From Eledone cirrhosa (taxonomy: Eukaryota), in assembly GCA_964016885.1 (NCBI GenBank), contig OZ024751.1:29264001-29328000 (forward strand): DNA of 64,000 nucleotides, read 5' to 3'. Numbering within the stretch: the stretch's first letter is position 1; the number at the start of each line of letters is the position of its first letter. The notes under the pieces were generated by a model. That model did not search any database and was not told where the DNA came from. It saw only the letters and a list, made by a program, of their open reading frames with translations. Below are positions 14,871 through 28,926 of this stretch, in pieces. The translations under genes and the position numbers were made by a program.

Positions 14871-15770
14871 AATAATTGTTTCTACTTTTTGGTGCAAGGC
14901 CAGCAATTATCCCAGTGCATTACTGGTACTTTATTTTATCGACCCTGTAAGGATGAAAGGCAGAGCTAACCTCGGCGGGATTTGAACTCAGAATGGCAAG
15001 GGCCGTAACTCTTTGCTGCAAAGCATGGCGTCCAACCCTCTACCAATACTGCCAATCCACCACACCTTAATAATAATAAAAGCTTCTGATTTAGGCACAA
15101 GGCCTACAATTTTAGGGAAGGGGTAAGTCGATTACATTGACCCCAGTGGGTTACTGGTATTTTATCAACCTGTAATGATGAAAGGCAAAGCTAACCTCGG
15201 CGGTTACATAATATTGAGGTTACCATCTGGTTTCCTTCTCAAACATTCATTAGTTTCAAGATATATCTCTGCATCTGTTCCGTATTCTTCAGGCCTTCAT
15301 GTTGGATAAAAAGGTAAAGGTAACTTTGGTAGGATTTGAATTCAGAACTTAAAAGGAAGTAACTCTATGCTGCAAAATAATGGTTTCTGATTTAGGCACA
15401 AGGCCAACAATCTTTGGGAAGGGGATAGTTTATTAAATTGACCACAGTGAATTACTGGTACTTTATTTTGTTGCCCCCATAAAGATGAAAGGCAAACCTT
15501 GGTAGCATTTGAAATCAGAACGTAAAGGGCTGTAACTCTATGCTGAAAAGTATGGGGCCTGCTACTCTACCAATATTGCCTATCCACCACCCTAATAACT
15601 GATTCTATATTTTGGCACAAGGCCAGCAATTATCCCAGTGTATTACTGGTACTTTATTTTATCGACCCCGTAAGGATGAAAGGCAAAGTTAACCTCGGCG
15701 GGATTTGAACTCAGACTGTAAAGCATGGCGTCCAACCCTCTACCGATACTGCCAATCTACACTACCCTAA
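14871..15770 (-). mobile_element. Cluster of about 5 tRNA-derived SINE-A copies and fragments
   Basis: B box GAGTTCAAATCCC, central GCCTTTCATCCTTACGGGGTCGATAAAATAAAGTACCAG (resembles the Nin/Deu SINE domain), end GGCCTTGTGCCAAAAGTAGAAACAATTATT. Confidence 0.85.
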
Positions 15771-16189
15771 TAACATCAGTATGAGTGGCCAGTTACAGCC
15801 AGTTACAGTCAGTTTGAACAGAAAGAAGTGAGAGAATTCTGGTCGGATACAGACGATTTAAATGCTAAAGGGTTAAATGAAAATTGAGCTTCTCTTTCCT
15901 TGGTCTTTGTAGATCAGTTAACATCTTACTTGTCTTGCTCTGTGGAGCAAAGCAAAAGTTAGATATATATTACTAACTGGTTAAATCATTAAACTGAAAT
16001 TGCTAATTGGTTAAACAGATGTTGCTAACTGGATTAGTGCTGGACAATGAAATAATCCTCTTTCATGTAAAGCAACTACTAAACTTAATTGTCATGGATG
16101 GACTGTCATATTTTAATAATACAACAACCATAACTATTTTAACTTTAAATCTTGTGCTCTCCTTGCTTTGGTAACCTTTTGAAGTAAAG

Positions 16190-16840
16190 TTGGTGGTGAT
16201 GATAACGAAGGTTGTGGTGTTGTTGGTGATAGTAATGGTGGTTTTGATAGTTGTGATGATGGTGGTCATGATGGTAGTGGTGATGGTGGTTTTGATAGTT
16301 GTGGTGATGGTGGTGGTGATGGTGGTTTTGATAGTTGTGGTGATGATGATAGTAGTGGTGGTGGTGATGATAATAGTAGTGGTGGTGGTCATGATGGTGG
16401 TGGTGGTGGTGGTTTTGATAGTTGTGGTGATGACGATAGTAGTGGTGGTGGTCATGATGGTGGTGGTGGTGGTTTTGATAGTTGCGGTGATGATAATAGT
16501 AGTGGTGGTGGTCATGAAGGTGGTGGTGGTGGTCATGATGGTGGTGGTGGTGGTGGTTTTGATAGTTGTGGCGGTGGTGGTGGTTTTGATAGTTGTGGTG
16601 ATGATAATAGTAGTGGTGGTGGTCATGATGGTGGTGGTGGTGGTCATGATGGTGGTGGTGGTGGTGTTTTGATAGTTGTTGTGATGATGATAGTAGTGGT
16701 GGTGGTGGTGATGATGGTTGTGCCAGTGGTGGTGGTGGTGATGATGATGGTGGTGGAGGTGGTAGTGATGATGGTGGTGATAGTGGTGGTGTTGCTGGTG
16801 ATAGCAGTGCCGATAATGAAGGAGGTAGAGGTGATGTTGA
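16190..16840. repeat. Degenerate (GGT/GAT)n repeat with higher-order units
   Basis: Recurrent ggttttgatagttgtggtgatgataatagtagtggtggtggtcatgat. Confidence 0.9.
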
Positions 16841-16873
16841 TAGATTCACTAGTTCAATCAACTGAACACATGT

Positions 16874-17370
16874 AAGTGGTTGAGTACTCTACAAACACAT
16901 GTAGCCATAACATAATTCCCAAACAGTCTTAGTATCATACAATGTCTGATAAGTCTAGACCTTTGAATTACAAGTAATTAACCTAAGTGGCTGAGTATTC
17001 CACAGACATGTGTAACCCTAACTAAATACCCAAACAGTCTCAGGACACTACAGTGTGTGACAAGACTTAACCTTATTATTGAGTTCAAATACCGCTGAGG
17101 TTAACTTTGCTTTTCATCCTTACGGGGTTGATAAAATAAAGTACCAGTAATGCACTGGGTAATTGCTGGCCTTGTGCCAAAAGTAGAAACAATTATTACA
17201 GATACCGTTTATCTTGTATTATAATCTAAGTGGTTGAGTATTCCACAGACATATGTACCCCTAACTAAATTCCCAAATAGCCCCAGGATGCTACAGTGTG
17301 TGACAATGTTGGGCCTTATAATTACTGGTACCATCTATCTTATATTATAATCTCAGTGGTTGAACTATTT
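16874..17370. repeat. About 3.5 tandem copies of a 110-130 bp unit, interrupted by a SINE-A fragment (about 17078-17198)
   Basis: aagtgg(t/c)tgagta(c/t)t starts at about 16874, 16985 and 17228, with a partial copy at about 17355. Confidence 0.75.
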
Positions 17371-17574
17371 CTAAGAATCTAAATAAAAGACTGAAATATT
17401 TCCAAGTTAACATTGAGAAAAATTCTGAGACTGACAGCTGTTTTGGTTATAAAAGAGTTAATTATTTTGTAGTTTCAGAAGAAACGGTTCTTTTCTTTTT
17501 CTTACTTTTTCTTAATTTTTGTTTGTTTCTTTTCATTAAATTTATCATTCGCTATTATTATTATTATTATGATT

Positions 17575-17975
17575 GAATTGGCAGAATCGGTAGAGGGTCG
17601 GACGCCATGCTTTCCAGCATAGTTACGTCCCTTTACGGTCTGAGTTCAAATCCCGTCAAGGTTAGCTTTGCCTTTCGTCCTTATGGGGTCGATAAAATAA
17701 AGTACCAGTAATGTACTGGGTAATTGCTGGCCTTGTGCCAAAAGTAGAAACAATTATTATTATTATTATTATCAGGGGAGAGGACGGTGGATTGGCAGTA
17801 TCAGTAGAGGGTCGAGCACCATGCTCTGTAGCATGGAGTTACGGCCCTTTATGATCTGAGTTCAAATCCGGCCGAGGTTAACTTTGCCTTTCATCCTTAA
17901 TGGGTTGATATAATAAAGTACCAGTAATGTACTGGGTAATTACTGGCCTTGTGCCAAACGTAGAAACAATTATTA
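17575..17975 (+). mobile_element. Two tandem full-length SINE-A copies
   Basis: TGGCAG(A/T)ATC(G/A)GTAGAG A-box-like, GAGTTCAAATCC B box, same body and (TTA)n tail. Confidence 0.88.
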
Positions 17976-18149
17976 TCGGGGCTAACCACAGTAAGTAAGG
18001 TACTCAATACATTAGTAGAGTGTAAACAACAACTTTAATATAAAAATGGCTTCTACAGGACTAGAAGGAAATCATGGGGAATTTGTATATTATATATATA
18101 TCCATATATATTTACATATATATATATATTTACATATATATATATATAT

Positions 18150-18575
18150 ATCATCATCACCGTTTTACGTCTGTTCTTCCACACTAGCATGGGTTAGAAG
18201 GGTTGTCCTGCTGTGAGCAGTGTCCAATCGACTGACCTTGTCTTGCTCATACAGGAACTGATTTTGGCTGGATGCCCTTCCTAACACCAACCTCATTTAC
18301 AGTGATTGCTGGGGGTTTTTTTTTCCATGGTGCCTACATGTCCACTTTACAGTGTGGGCTGGGTGCTGTTTTGCCGTGGCACCTCCATGACTTCTTTGCA
18401 GTGGAATGATAGGGACCTCAGTCCCTATCATCTCATTTCTACAGCTGAGTAAACTGGAGCAATGTGAAATAAAGTGCCTTGCTCAAGGAAACAGCACATC
18501 ACCCGGTCTGAGAATTGAACTCACAACCTTTCGATTGCAAGGCCAATGTTCTAACCACTAAGCCATGTGCCTTCA
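18150..18575 (-). mobile_element. SINE-B (tRNA head, CORE-like domain, RTE family-1 tail)
   Basis: A box TGGCTTAGTGG, B box GTTCAATTC, CCTTGAGCAAGGCACTTTATTTCAC core, RTE 3'UTR and (TGA)n. Confidence 0.88.
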
Positions 18576-18808
18576 TATATACATATAATATGGAAAACAA
18601 AGAATCATGCATCACTGATTCTTCGTTTTCCATATTATTATACTCTGCTCCGAAGGAGCATAGAGTGCTCAACCAACATACCGCCTATGGACGCATCGAA
18701 GCAACCTAACTACAAATATATATATATATATGTGTGTATAGATATGTCCCAATGCTCTGATACCATCAACACTGTACACACAGAGCTGGCATATCTAAGA
18801 ACTGACTA

Positions 18809-18864
18809 ACTGCCTGATGAGGTCATATCCATTCAATGGCTATCATCGAAATATATATAGCAGT
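18809..18864 (+). ncRNA. Type I hammerhead ribozyme motif
   Basis: actgc-CTGATGA-g..(imperfect stem II)..c-GAAA-tatata-TA-gcagt, then AATAAA and (TA)n about 45 nt later. Confidence 0.75.
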
Positions 18865-18905
18865 AAATAAAGGATTATGAGTTCATGCAATTGACTTATG
18901 TTTTG

Positions 18906-18943
<38 letters not shown>

Positions 18944-19132
18944 CTTGCTAGCATGGAACACAGACCTTAAATGATGATGATGATTATTTATGTATTGAAC
19001 CCCTTATCCTGAAATTTGTTTATTTTCTGTATTGTTTTCGTTTTAATTATTGATACACTGATAGAAGTAGAATTTGCAAAATTATTTTTGTTTCCCTAGC
19101 AACAACTTAATTAATTTTTTGGCTAAGATACT

Positions 19133-19168
<36 letters not shown>

Positions 19169-20334
19169 TATTATATATATTGTTGTATATATATATATAT
19201 ATATTGTTGAATATATATTGTTATAAATATATATGTATATATATATATATATATAATATATATATAATTTGTTATATATATATAATATATATACATTGTT
19301 ATATGTGTGCGTGTGTGTAGCCAGCCTTGGTCTATAACTGAAACTATTATGTTTATGTATCTACATGGTCAGCTACGTTTAATATTAGGGAATATATGTA
19401 AATGCATTCTATTGATTCCTAATGTTCAACTGGTAATGAAAATAACATGCCAGAGAATTAACTTCTGTGTCAGGACCTTAATCATTCCCTCTCTCCCTCT
19501 CTCTCCTCCTACCACCACCACCATCACATCACCAACTTACTGCCACCCCTTCTACCATATCACCACCAACACCTCACCATTACCACCATCATACCACTGT
19601 AAAACCACCACACCATTGCAACATCACCACCACCATCATAATATTGCAACACCACCACCACCACCTCCATGCCACTGCATCTTCACTATCTCACCACCAT
19701 CAGTGCTGCCACCACACCACTACAACATCACCATCTCACCACAATTACCACACCACCACCACCACCACCACTGTAATGTCACCACTACCATCACACCACT
19801 GCATCATCATCATCACCACCACTTCAACACCATCTCACCACAACTACCACACCACTGCAATGTCACCACTACCACCACACCGTCATCACTACCACAACCA
19901 CCAATACCACACCACTGCCACCGCCACGCCAACTCCCTCTTATTGTTTTTATGCTTCTAGATGAGACATTGCACCTAAGTTTCTTCAGCCTTCCAATTAC
20001 ATTCTTCACATAGCTAGACGCCCACCTCCCACCACCACCACCACCACCACACACACACACACATGCACCTCACCCTCACCCCACTTTCAACCACTTCAGT
20101 AACTGTTTTTATTGTTTATACTGTATTACATCTTCCAAACAATCTTTGTTCAGAAAAAGTAGTACATTTTTCATCAAAGTATAGCTTCTTCCTTTCTTTG
20201 GTTATTATGTGTCCCTCGCCCCACCTCCCCTACCCCCCACGACCACTATCCTTTTCATTGACTCTTGACTTCCCTCCTTACTCTCTGAAAACCCCCTCCC
20301 TCTCTCCCTCTTCCAATCTCTCTCTCTCTAACTA

Positions 20335-20365
<31 letters not shown>

Positions 20366-20700
20366 CCCTCTCTTTGAAACCCTCTCTCATTCTCTCTGTC
20401 TTTCTCTCTCTCATTCTCTCTCTCTCTCTTTCCCTCTATCTCTTGCTTTCCCCCCCCCCCTCTCTCCCTCTCATGCTTTCTCTCCCTTCATTGAAAACAT
20501 TTTTGTTTTGCCAGTGGAACAAATAAAACCTCTCTCTGTTCTAAACATGAGACAGTCTTGTATTTTGTTCATCAGCCAATTGTAGCAATTACTTTAAACG
20601 TAGGACATCTGTTGCGAGAGGTCAGCATTTGATACTGCTCACTTCTTCCAAGTCGTTTTTCCACTTCAGAGCAATATGTTTTTCTCTCTCAATAATTTAG

Positions 20701-20791
20701 CAGTAGACCTTACCATATTTATGATAAACATATGGATGAACTCGCTAAAGACCCACCAGAGGAAAAAGAAATACCATGGACTTGTTTTTAG
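20701..20791 (+). CDS. Candidate terminal exon (SRPYHIYDKHMDELAKDPPEEKEIPWTCF*)
   Basis: Pyrimidine tract and NAGNAG acceptor (tttctctctcaataatttAG/cAG), phase 2, followed by long T-rich UTR-like sequence. Confidence 0.3.
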
Positions 20792-21408
20792 ACATCTATG
20801 GACAACCACAAAATGTCGCTTCTTTTAGATAATAATAATTCTTTACTCTTTGTTTTTATCTCTTTATTTTTACTTGTTTAATTTTTTTTTTTTGCGTTCT
20901 TTGCTTTCTTGTTTTTCTTTGCTTTCTGCACATTGGTATTCTTCTGGGAAATTAGAAATGTTTCTTGTTTTTGGTTTTCTTGCTGTCGTATTTGATTGTC
21001 CCTGAAGACTTATATCAAGTGATCAACAACCTTACAATGTTTTTGGTGGTTTAGACTCAACATGCAAATTTAGTTGACAGATATAAAAATATGTCTATGG
21101 TGCCAGTCCTGTAGCTGGTAGCCGTTTAGACAGAACAAGACACAATAATTAAACTAGGCTGGATGGAATCAGCTGAATAATAATATACTTTATCATTTTC
21201 ATATTATTATTATTGTTATTATTATTGTTGTTATCATCAAAATCATCATCAGCATTGTCATCATCATTATTTCTGTTATCATTATTTATGCATCATATTT
21301 TTTTTCCCATCTCTAGTCATCTTATCTTTATGTAAAGCTCTCAAACTATACATACTCTATCTTTGTTTGTAGTGCCCCTTCATACGGTGCCCTTGTGGCA
21401 AATAAACG

Positions 21409-21442
<34 letters not shown>

Positions 21443-21601
21443 TATTATTATTGTTATTGTCATTATTATTATTTTTATTATGGTTTGTGTTTTTTCGTCT
21501 TCAGTTTTGTTTCCATTTCTCACTCTGTATCTTCTCAACACCTAGGACATTTATTATTGTTGTTGTTGCCATTGTTGCTGTTGTCGTTGTTATTATTATC
21601 A

Positions 21602-21662
<61 letters not shown>

Positions 21663-22003
21663 GATTATTGTTACTTATGGTGTTGGCGTTTGGTGGTATT
21701 TTTGGTTGGGTTGTGTTTTTAATATCATTCGTGTTTTCCTGAAGCTATAAATAATTTTACTAGTTGATTGGTTGATTGGTTAGAGGTTTAGATTATACAT
21801 ACATGGAGTATATCTGTAGAGGTAGATGTCAGATGGTATGGGGAAGGTGGGAGCAGGTGCTCATAAACGTGTTAAGATTTTTTGGTGGGGCAGGATTAAT
21901 TAAAGATGAGTGGTGGATGAGAGGGTGGAAGGGCATCTTCTCATTTCACTTCTGGAGAACAAGGACAATATATATACACACCCACATGTATATATGTACA
22001 CCC

Positions 22004-22057
<54 letters not shown>

Positions 22058-22058
<1 letters not shown>

Positions 22059-22410
22059 AAGGCATGTGGTCTAGTAGTTAAAGCATTAAACACACATTTG
22101 TGAGGTTGTGAGTTCAGTTTCTGGAGCAGGTGGGACAATATGCCCTTGATTAAGACACTTTATTTCACGTTGCTCTAGTTTATTCAGCTGTAGAAATGGG
22201 TTGTGACGTCACTGGTACCAAGCTGTACCACTGGTGCCCTTAGCCTTTCCCTTGGACAACATATGTGGTGGGTGGTGGAGAGTAGATACTGGCCTACATC
22301 CATGATTACTGGTCTTCCATAAAGAAAAAAGCAACTTAGCCAGGCTTGTGCCTTAATGGGAAACTTTCTAGATCCAAAATTGTGGTCATTCATGATTGAA
22401 GGGTGTCTAC
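22058..22410 (+). mobile_element. Diverged CORE-type tRNA SINE with a different 3' body
   Basis: ggcatgtggtctagtagtt head, gagttcagtttc B box, aagacactttatttcacgttgctc core shared with SINE-B. Confidence 0.7.
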
Positions 22411-22643
22411 TATATATATATATATATATATATATATGGTAACTAAATATATATATATATATATATATGCCTATGTACAAAGCGAAACCTACAGTCACTA
22501 GGCACCTCTTAACCAAATATACACCCCAATCCACTACTCCTACCCTATCCTCCCACTCCCACCAACACCACCCTCTCTCTGTAAAGTTGGTACTACTGCT
22601 AATTTATAATAAACGAAGCCAAATTTTACATATTTGACTTAAT

Positions 22644-22674
<31 letters not shown>

Positions 22675-22984
22675 AAGAGAGAGAGAAAATAGCTCATCTT
22701 TGTTATTCTCTCCCTCTTTTTCTCTCTATATATATGTGTGTGTACATACATAAATACACAATGATGATGATAATGAAGCTATATTATATACACATACAAA
22801 CACAGAGTGAGAAAGTGTTAGTGTTGTCATGTTATATTCTAAATTACCTCTATACATAACTACATTAATACTTCTTCTTTATATTTCAATATATATTTCC
22901 TGACGTTTGTACATTACCCTATGTACTATACATACACTTTTTGATGAGTTGTAGTGCACCTGAGCACTGTACACAATATTTCAT

Positions 22985-23612
22985 TCATCATCATCATCAC
23001 CGTTTTACGTCCGTTCTTCCATGCTAGCATGCGTTAGACGGGTTGTCCTGTTGTGGGCAGTGTCTGGTTGGCTGACCTTGTCATGCTCATACAGGAACTG
23101 ATTCTGGCTTGATTTCTACAGCTGGATGCCCTTCCTAACACCAACCTCATTTACAGTGAGTGCTGGGTGCTCTTTTGCAGTGGCGCCTACAAGACCACTT
23201 TACAGTGTGGGCTGGGTGCTTTTTTGCAGTGGGAGGATGTGGGGGCATATTGTCTATATGCTTCAGCTTGTACCCATGGGAGGTCGGGTCTTCTGTGTTA
23301 CTGTGTGACGCCTGAGGTACGGTCATGTGTCATTGCTCTTGAGAGGTGTAATTGGGTAAGGTCGGCCTTTATCATTTCCTCCCAGGTTTTCTTGGGTCTC
23401 CCCACTCCGCGGTTTCCATTGACTTCTAGTGCTCTGCACCTTTTTATGCAGCTGTCATCCTTCATACACATCACATGTCCATACCAACGCAACCGCCTCT
23501 CCTGCACACAGCATTTGATTCCTCTTATGCTCAGTCTCTCTCTCAATTCAGTTATGCTTTGCCGTTCGCGTATATTACTGTTACACATCCAGCGGAGCAT
23601 GCAGGCTTCGTT
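22985..23612 (-). mobile_element. 5'-truncated RTE fragment, same subfamily as 4101-4820
   Basis: NEACMLRWMC...RRLRWYGHVM...GRPKKTWEE; near-identical 3'UTR and (TGA)n tail. Confidence 0.9.
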
Positions 23613-23805
23613 TATTATTATACACACATACATATGTATACACACACACACACATACATATGTATCAACACACACACACACACATACATATGTATCAACA
23701 CACACACACACATACATATGTATCAACACACGCACACACATACATATGTATCAACAGTCATGCCAGTTCTCTATATTCCAATACACACAAGCGCACATAT
23801 ATATA

Positions 23806-23940
23806 TTAAAATAACAGATTAAACTTTAAGCAAAGAATCGCTGCTTTCACCCTTAACGGGATCTGGGGTTCTTATATATTTGATATATATTTATCCTTAT
23901 CGGGTCCTCTTTTGATTTTAGTCTTCACATTTATTATTAT

Positions 23941-23944
<4 letters not shown>
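23806..23944. mobile_element. (TA)n-bounded repeat with internal inversion (family also at 39662-40146 and 41452-41620)
   Basis: Shared segments attaaaataacagatt...gctttcacccttaacggga and ggttcttatatatttgatat...tagtcttc. Confidence 0.7.
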
Positions 23945-23984
<40 letters not shown>

Positions 23985-24132
23985 ATATATGTATATATAT
24001 ATATATATATGTATGATATACATATATATGTATGTGTATATATATATGATATACATATATATATGTATGCGTATATATGTATGTATGATATACATATATA
24101 TATGTATGTGTATATATATATATATATGTATG

Positions 24133-24181
<49 letters not shown>

Positions 24182-24324
24182 ATATACATACATATATAAA
24201 TATGTATATCATACATATATATATATATGTATGATATATATATATATATATATGTATTTCTTTTCCTTGCAAGCAGGGAAAAGCGGACGTAAAATGATGA
24301 TGTTGATGATGATATATGTATGTA

Positions 24325-24361
<37 letters not shown>

Positions 24362-25700
24362 TTTCTTTAGATGAATGTTTTCAATTGCTACACCATTGAC
24401 ATAACTAATTAACTGGCAATTGTTCTCTTTTATACATTATTCTCTCTCTATCTCTATCTCTATCCCTCTATCTCTCTCTCTCTCTCTCTTTCTTTTCCTT
24501 CCTTGTTAGCTTTAGTTTTTCTTCTTTACATCCTCCCTCACAGTTTTACCACCTCTAGCTCACTCTTCACTTTCTCACACACACACACACACACACATGC
24601 ACTCTTATTTTCTCTCTCTCTCATAGACACACACACACACTCTCTCTCTTTCCCTCCATTCCTTTTATGCCTCATTTTCCATCTCTCTCTCTCTCACTCA
24701 ATATTCTGAATCTCTTTTCTTGTATGTGTCAGTTTCTGTTTCTATAGGGAAGAGAGGATTGTTGGATGCCTTGTGGTGTTTATTCACCATCACCATCATC
24801 ACATACATATACACACCATCACCATCATTTAATGTCCATTTTCCGCTGGTAACATGTGTATTGGTAACTAACATACCAGTCCAGTATATAATAGCGTTCT
24901 ATATACACAAGTATTTTACAGCTTCCTTCCCCTGTTAAAGTAGGAGTTAATCTTGTGGGGTTCCATGACAAGCATCATACTCCTCATGAGGTCACCTTTG
25001 AAGCAATGCTTTACAACCAGATGACCTTTTTAGTGCCAACTCCTTTTAACAACTTCTTACAACATACAGAGATATGCTGTACTTATTCTAGACACATAAC
25101 AGGTTCTATATAGAGCCTCTTGACTCTGTCATGGCACCAGCACTAGGGAGGTTGTCATGTCTTTGACACAGCTGAAGAATTCTCCATACTGTTTGTTTAG
25201 CAAGTTTTCTGCAGCCGAATGCCCTCGCTATCACCAACAACTTTACAGAATGCACCGGGTGCATTTGTCATGTAAATACCCAACACTACGCTTTTCATGT
25301 TTTTAACAGAACTGAAGGTTTCACCCAACCCTTCTAAAAAAAAAAAAAATAAAAAAAATAAATTTCAGACAATTTGGTCATTGGCGGCAGATTAGCTGAA
25401 ATTTCGGAAATACTAGACAAGATGCCTTGTGGTATTTTGTGACCTCATATTACTTAGTGGCCTCGTGGTACTATCTGACCTGATGTACTTAGCAACCTCG
25501 GGGCACTTTGCAACCTGAGTTCTAATTCTGAAAAGAGATTCAAATCCAACATGGTTAATTGGTGCTAATCACTTGACAATGAGGACCAAAATTAATTACA
25601 AATACTGCAATGAGTAGAGGGGAGAATGAGTGTGGAGGGGTGGCATTGACTGTGATGATGGTGAATTTAATATTGAAATATAATGAATATGATGATGATA

Positions 25701-25765
<65 letters not shown>

Positions 25766-25814
25766 AAGAATGAAGATTAACATGGTTAACTGTACAATAA
25801 GGGCTTTATTTAAA

Positions 25815-25925
25815 GTACTGACAATTGTTTCGTTGATCATGTGGGTCTAGAGTTCGCTAATCGCTTGATGTTGCGTTATTCGATCTCCAATACATTATTG
25901 ACCTCTGGTCAACACACCAGAGTAC
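25815..25925 (-). ncRNA. Hammerhead ribozyme fold with mutated core (CTGGTGT)
   Basis: gtact-CTGGTGT-gttga..about 80 nt rod..tcaac-GAAA-caattg-TC-agtac; GUC triplet. Confidence 0.65.
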
Positions 25926-26548
25926 GTAGATATGAAAGTAATTCACTCGAGGCAAGACTTATATAGAGAAATAGCGTATAATTAAAACAATAACATCAAT
26001 AATAAAATAGCGTATAATCTAAACAATAACAACAATAACAATACATGTATGGTAAATAGGTAGAGAAGTTACAGATGTAAAAAGTAAAAGTAGATAGGGT
26101 ATATAAAGAAAGTAAGAAAATGAGAGAATGGAAAATATAAAGAGATAAATAAATAAGTGAGAGCATGTAAGTACATAGTAGTAATTTTTGAGTAAGTGTT
26201 CTTATAAGGATTCGTTGGTGGGAAACTAGATTCAAGATGTACATAGACACTTGTAGAGGGTCCAATAAAAGAGACAATAAATTAGAGATTAATTGCTGGA
26301 TGTATGTATGATATTTATGGGCTAGGGATGAAGGGACATTTGATAAATGCTTCTTGTAAATGTTTTGCTGATTGTTCTATCTTAATGGGGTTGATGTTGT
26401 TTCAGGGAGAGAGGGCGAAAGAGATGTTCAGAGATTTATGATCCATTGACCAGTTGGCCATTTGATAGCTAATAGCAGTGCGATGGTGTGTATTCTATAT
26501 GTTAAAATCTAGGTGGTTCAGTACCAATTTTGGGATTGCTGATTCAAA

Positions 26549-26755
26549 TCATGGTGGTTTAAAGTTTGTGACTCTAGTAGCTATTTTATGTCTACAGAAA
26601 ATAGATCTTTCTATTTTGCTGTTAAGCTGCATCCCATCGTACCTTAAAATATGTACTAGTTCTAAATTACAAAGCCCGCAGTGGGACATACCATTGCTGT
26701 AGGCTTTTGCTACCGATAATTTTCACCAGCTAATCTTATATTCTAGGTTTCTGTT
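26549..26755 (-). pseudogene. C-terminus of a Penelope-like GIY-YIG endonuclease
   Basis: Hand translation NRNLEYKISW*KLSVAKAYSNGMSHCGLCNLELVHILRYDGMQLNSKIERSIFCRHK...KPP*, matching the W..A..Y..CxLCxxE..I..LNxxxE..CRH pattern; one internal stop. Confidence 0.8.
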
Positions 26756-27085
26756 CTATATATATATATATGTATATATAGGTGCATTTGTGTGTGTATG
26801 TGTGTATAGATAAATTCTCCAGTTATGTAACAGCATATGCATATGTGTGGGTGTGTGGGCGTGTGTGAAAATGTACATATATGTATGTGTATATAAGTGT
26901 GTGTGTGTGTATATATGTATGTGTGTGAATATAAGACAGCATATGTATAAATGTATGTTAACACACACTCATACACACAGAAACCTACACACGCATATAT
27001 ATACATAAGTGCATATAAATGTATGTCCTGCATGTGGTACATTTGCATACACACAAACACATACATACACAGAGAAACACATGCA

Positions 27086-27831
27086 CAGAAACATGTATAT
27101 GCACACAATCACACATATACAGAAACATGTATACACACACACAATCACACATATGCAGAAACATATGCACACATATACATAAACACGTATACGCACACAA
27201 TCACACATATACAGAAACATGTATACGCACACGATCACACATATACAGAAACACGTATACGCACACAATCACACATATACAGAAACACGTATACGCACAC
27301 AATCACACATATACAGAAACACATATACGCACACAATCACACATATACAGAAACACGTATACGCACACAATCACACATATACAGAAACACGTATACGCAC
27401 ACAATCACACATATACAGAAACACGTATACGCACACAATCACACATATACAGAAACATGTATACGCACACGATCACACATATACAGAAACATGTATACGC
27501 ACACGATCACACATATACAGAAACACGTATACGCACACAATCACACATATACAGAAACACGTATACGCACACAATCACACATATACAGAAACACGTATAC
27601 GCACACAATCACACATATACAGAAACACGTATACGCACACAATCACACATATACAGAAACACGTATACGCACACAATCGCACATATACAGAAACACGTAT
27701 ACGCACACAATCGCACATATACAGAAACACGTATACGCACACAATCGCACATATACAGAAACACGTATACGCACACAATCACACATATACAGAAACACGT
27801 ATACGCACACAATCACACATATACAGAAACA
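27086..27831. repeat. 34-bp minisatellite, about 22 copies
   Basis: Unit CAGAAACACGTATACGCACACAATCACACATATA, highly homogeneous. Confidence 0.95.
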
Positions 27832-28026
27832 CATATAGACACACAAGCAAACACATATACATACACAATCACACATATACAGAAATACATACGCATAGAC
27901 AAACATACATACACAAACATACTAGAAAACACACAGACAAGCACAAGAACACATATAGACACACAAGCAAACACATACGCACACACAAACACACACAAGC
28001 AATCAAATAGAAAGACACATACATGC

Positions 28027-28110
28027 TATTGGGTCGTCAAGTATGAAATTTGTAGAAATTTGTTTTTTTTACTACAAATTTCTACAAATTTCATACTTGA
28101 CGACTCAGTG
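28027..28110. repeat. Near-perfect hairpin with 34-bp arms
   Basis: tgggtcgtcaagtatgaaatttgtagaaatttgt / acaaatttctacaaatttcatacttgacgactca, 10-nt loop. Confidence 0.9.
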
Positions 28111-28342
28111 TATCACAAAATGGCTTCCATCTCTCCCTACTTACCTTTACCTCAACCCCTCAGTATTTATTTTGCCTTTGGCAAATTAAACAGACAGTGA
28201 AGTTCACATTAAACATCTTCTATGTCTTTAACTGCAATCGAAAAACAACTTAACGAAGAGGAAATAAAGAAATTGAACAAAATAATAATAAATTGAAAAT
28301 AAATAAAATATATGAATAAATAAATTAAAATGAAATAAAATA

Positions 28343-28391
<49 letters not shown>

Positions 28392-28572
28392 TATATATAT
28401 ATATTTATATATATATGTATAATAAAAAAAATAACAGGAATATTCAAAAATGTTTGATTCAATGTAAATTGTATAATTTAAAGAAGGAATATAAATGTAT
28501 TACTTTTTGATAGTAAGTGTATATATATATGTATGTATGTGTGTGTATATATATATATATATATATACATAT

Positions 28573-28607
<35 letters not shown>

Positions 28608-28892
28608 CATACACACACATGCATATGTGTGTGTGATATGTGTGGTGCATGCATCTGTGTGTATGTAAATATATGTGCCTGTATGTGTGGTCTATGAGTA
28701 TGTATATATATATATATATATATATATACATACACATATATGTAATATGCATGTGTGTGAGTGAGAGAGAGAGAGATGTCTATGGGAAAATATATTTGTA
28801 TCGGCATGGAGAGGGAAGTTTCCCTGCTTCAATATGTTGAAATATCTCTATCTATCTGTCTATATATCTATCTGTCTATATATCTATCTGTC

Positions 28893-28926
<34 letters not shown>

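Larger units (their letters stand above)
25762..26757 (-). mobile_element. 5'-truncated Penelope-like element (endonuclease C-terminus, 3' region with HHR and AATAAA) in (TA)n
   Basis: Protein motif at 26549-26755, HHR fold at 25815-25925, AATAAA at 25805-25810, (TA)n on both flanks. Confidence 0.8.

Noticed and set aside
27019-28200. 393-aa and overlapping long ORFs
   Set aside because: Translation of the 34-bp minisatellite and CA-rich sequence; open in all three frames
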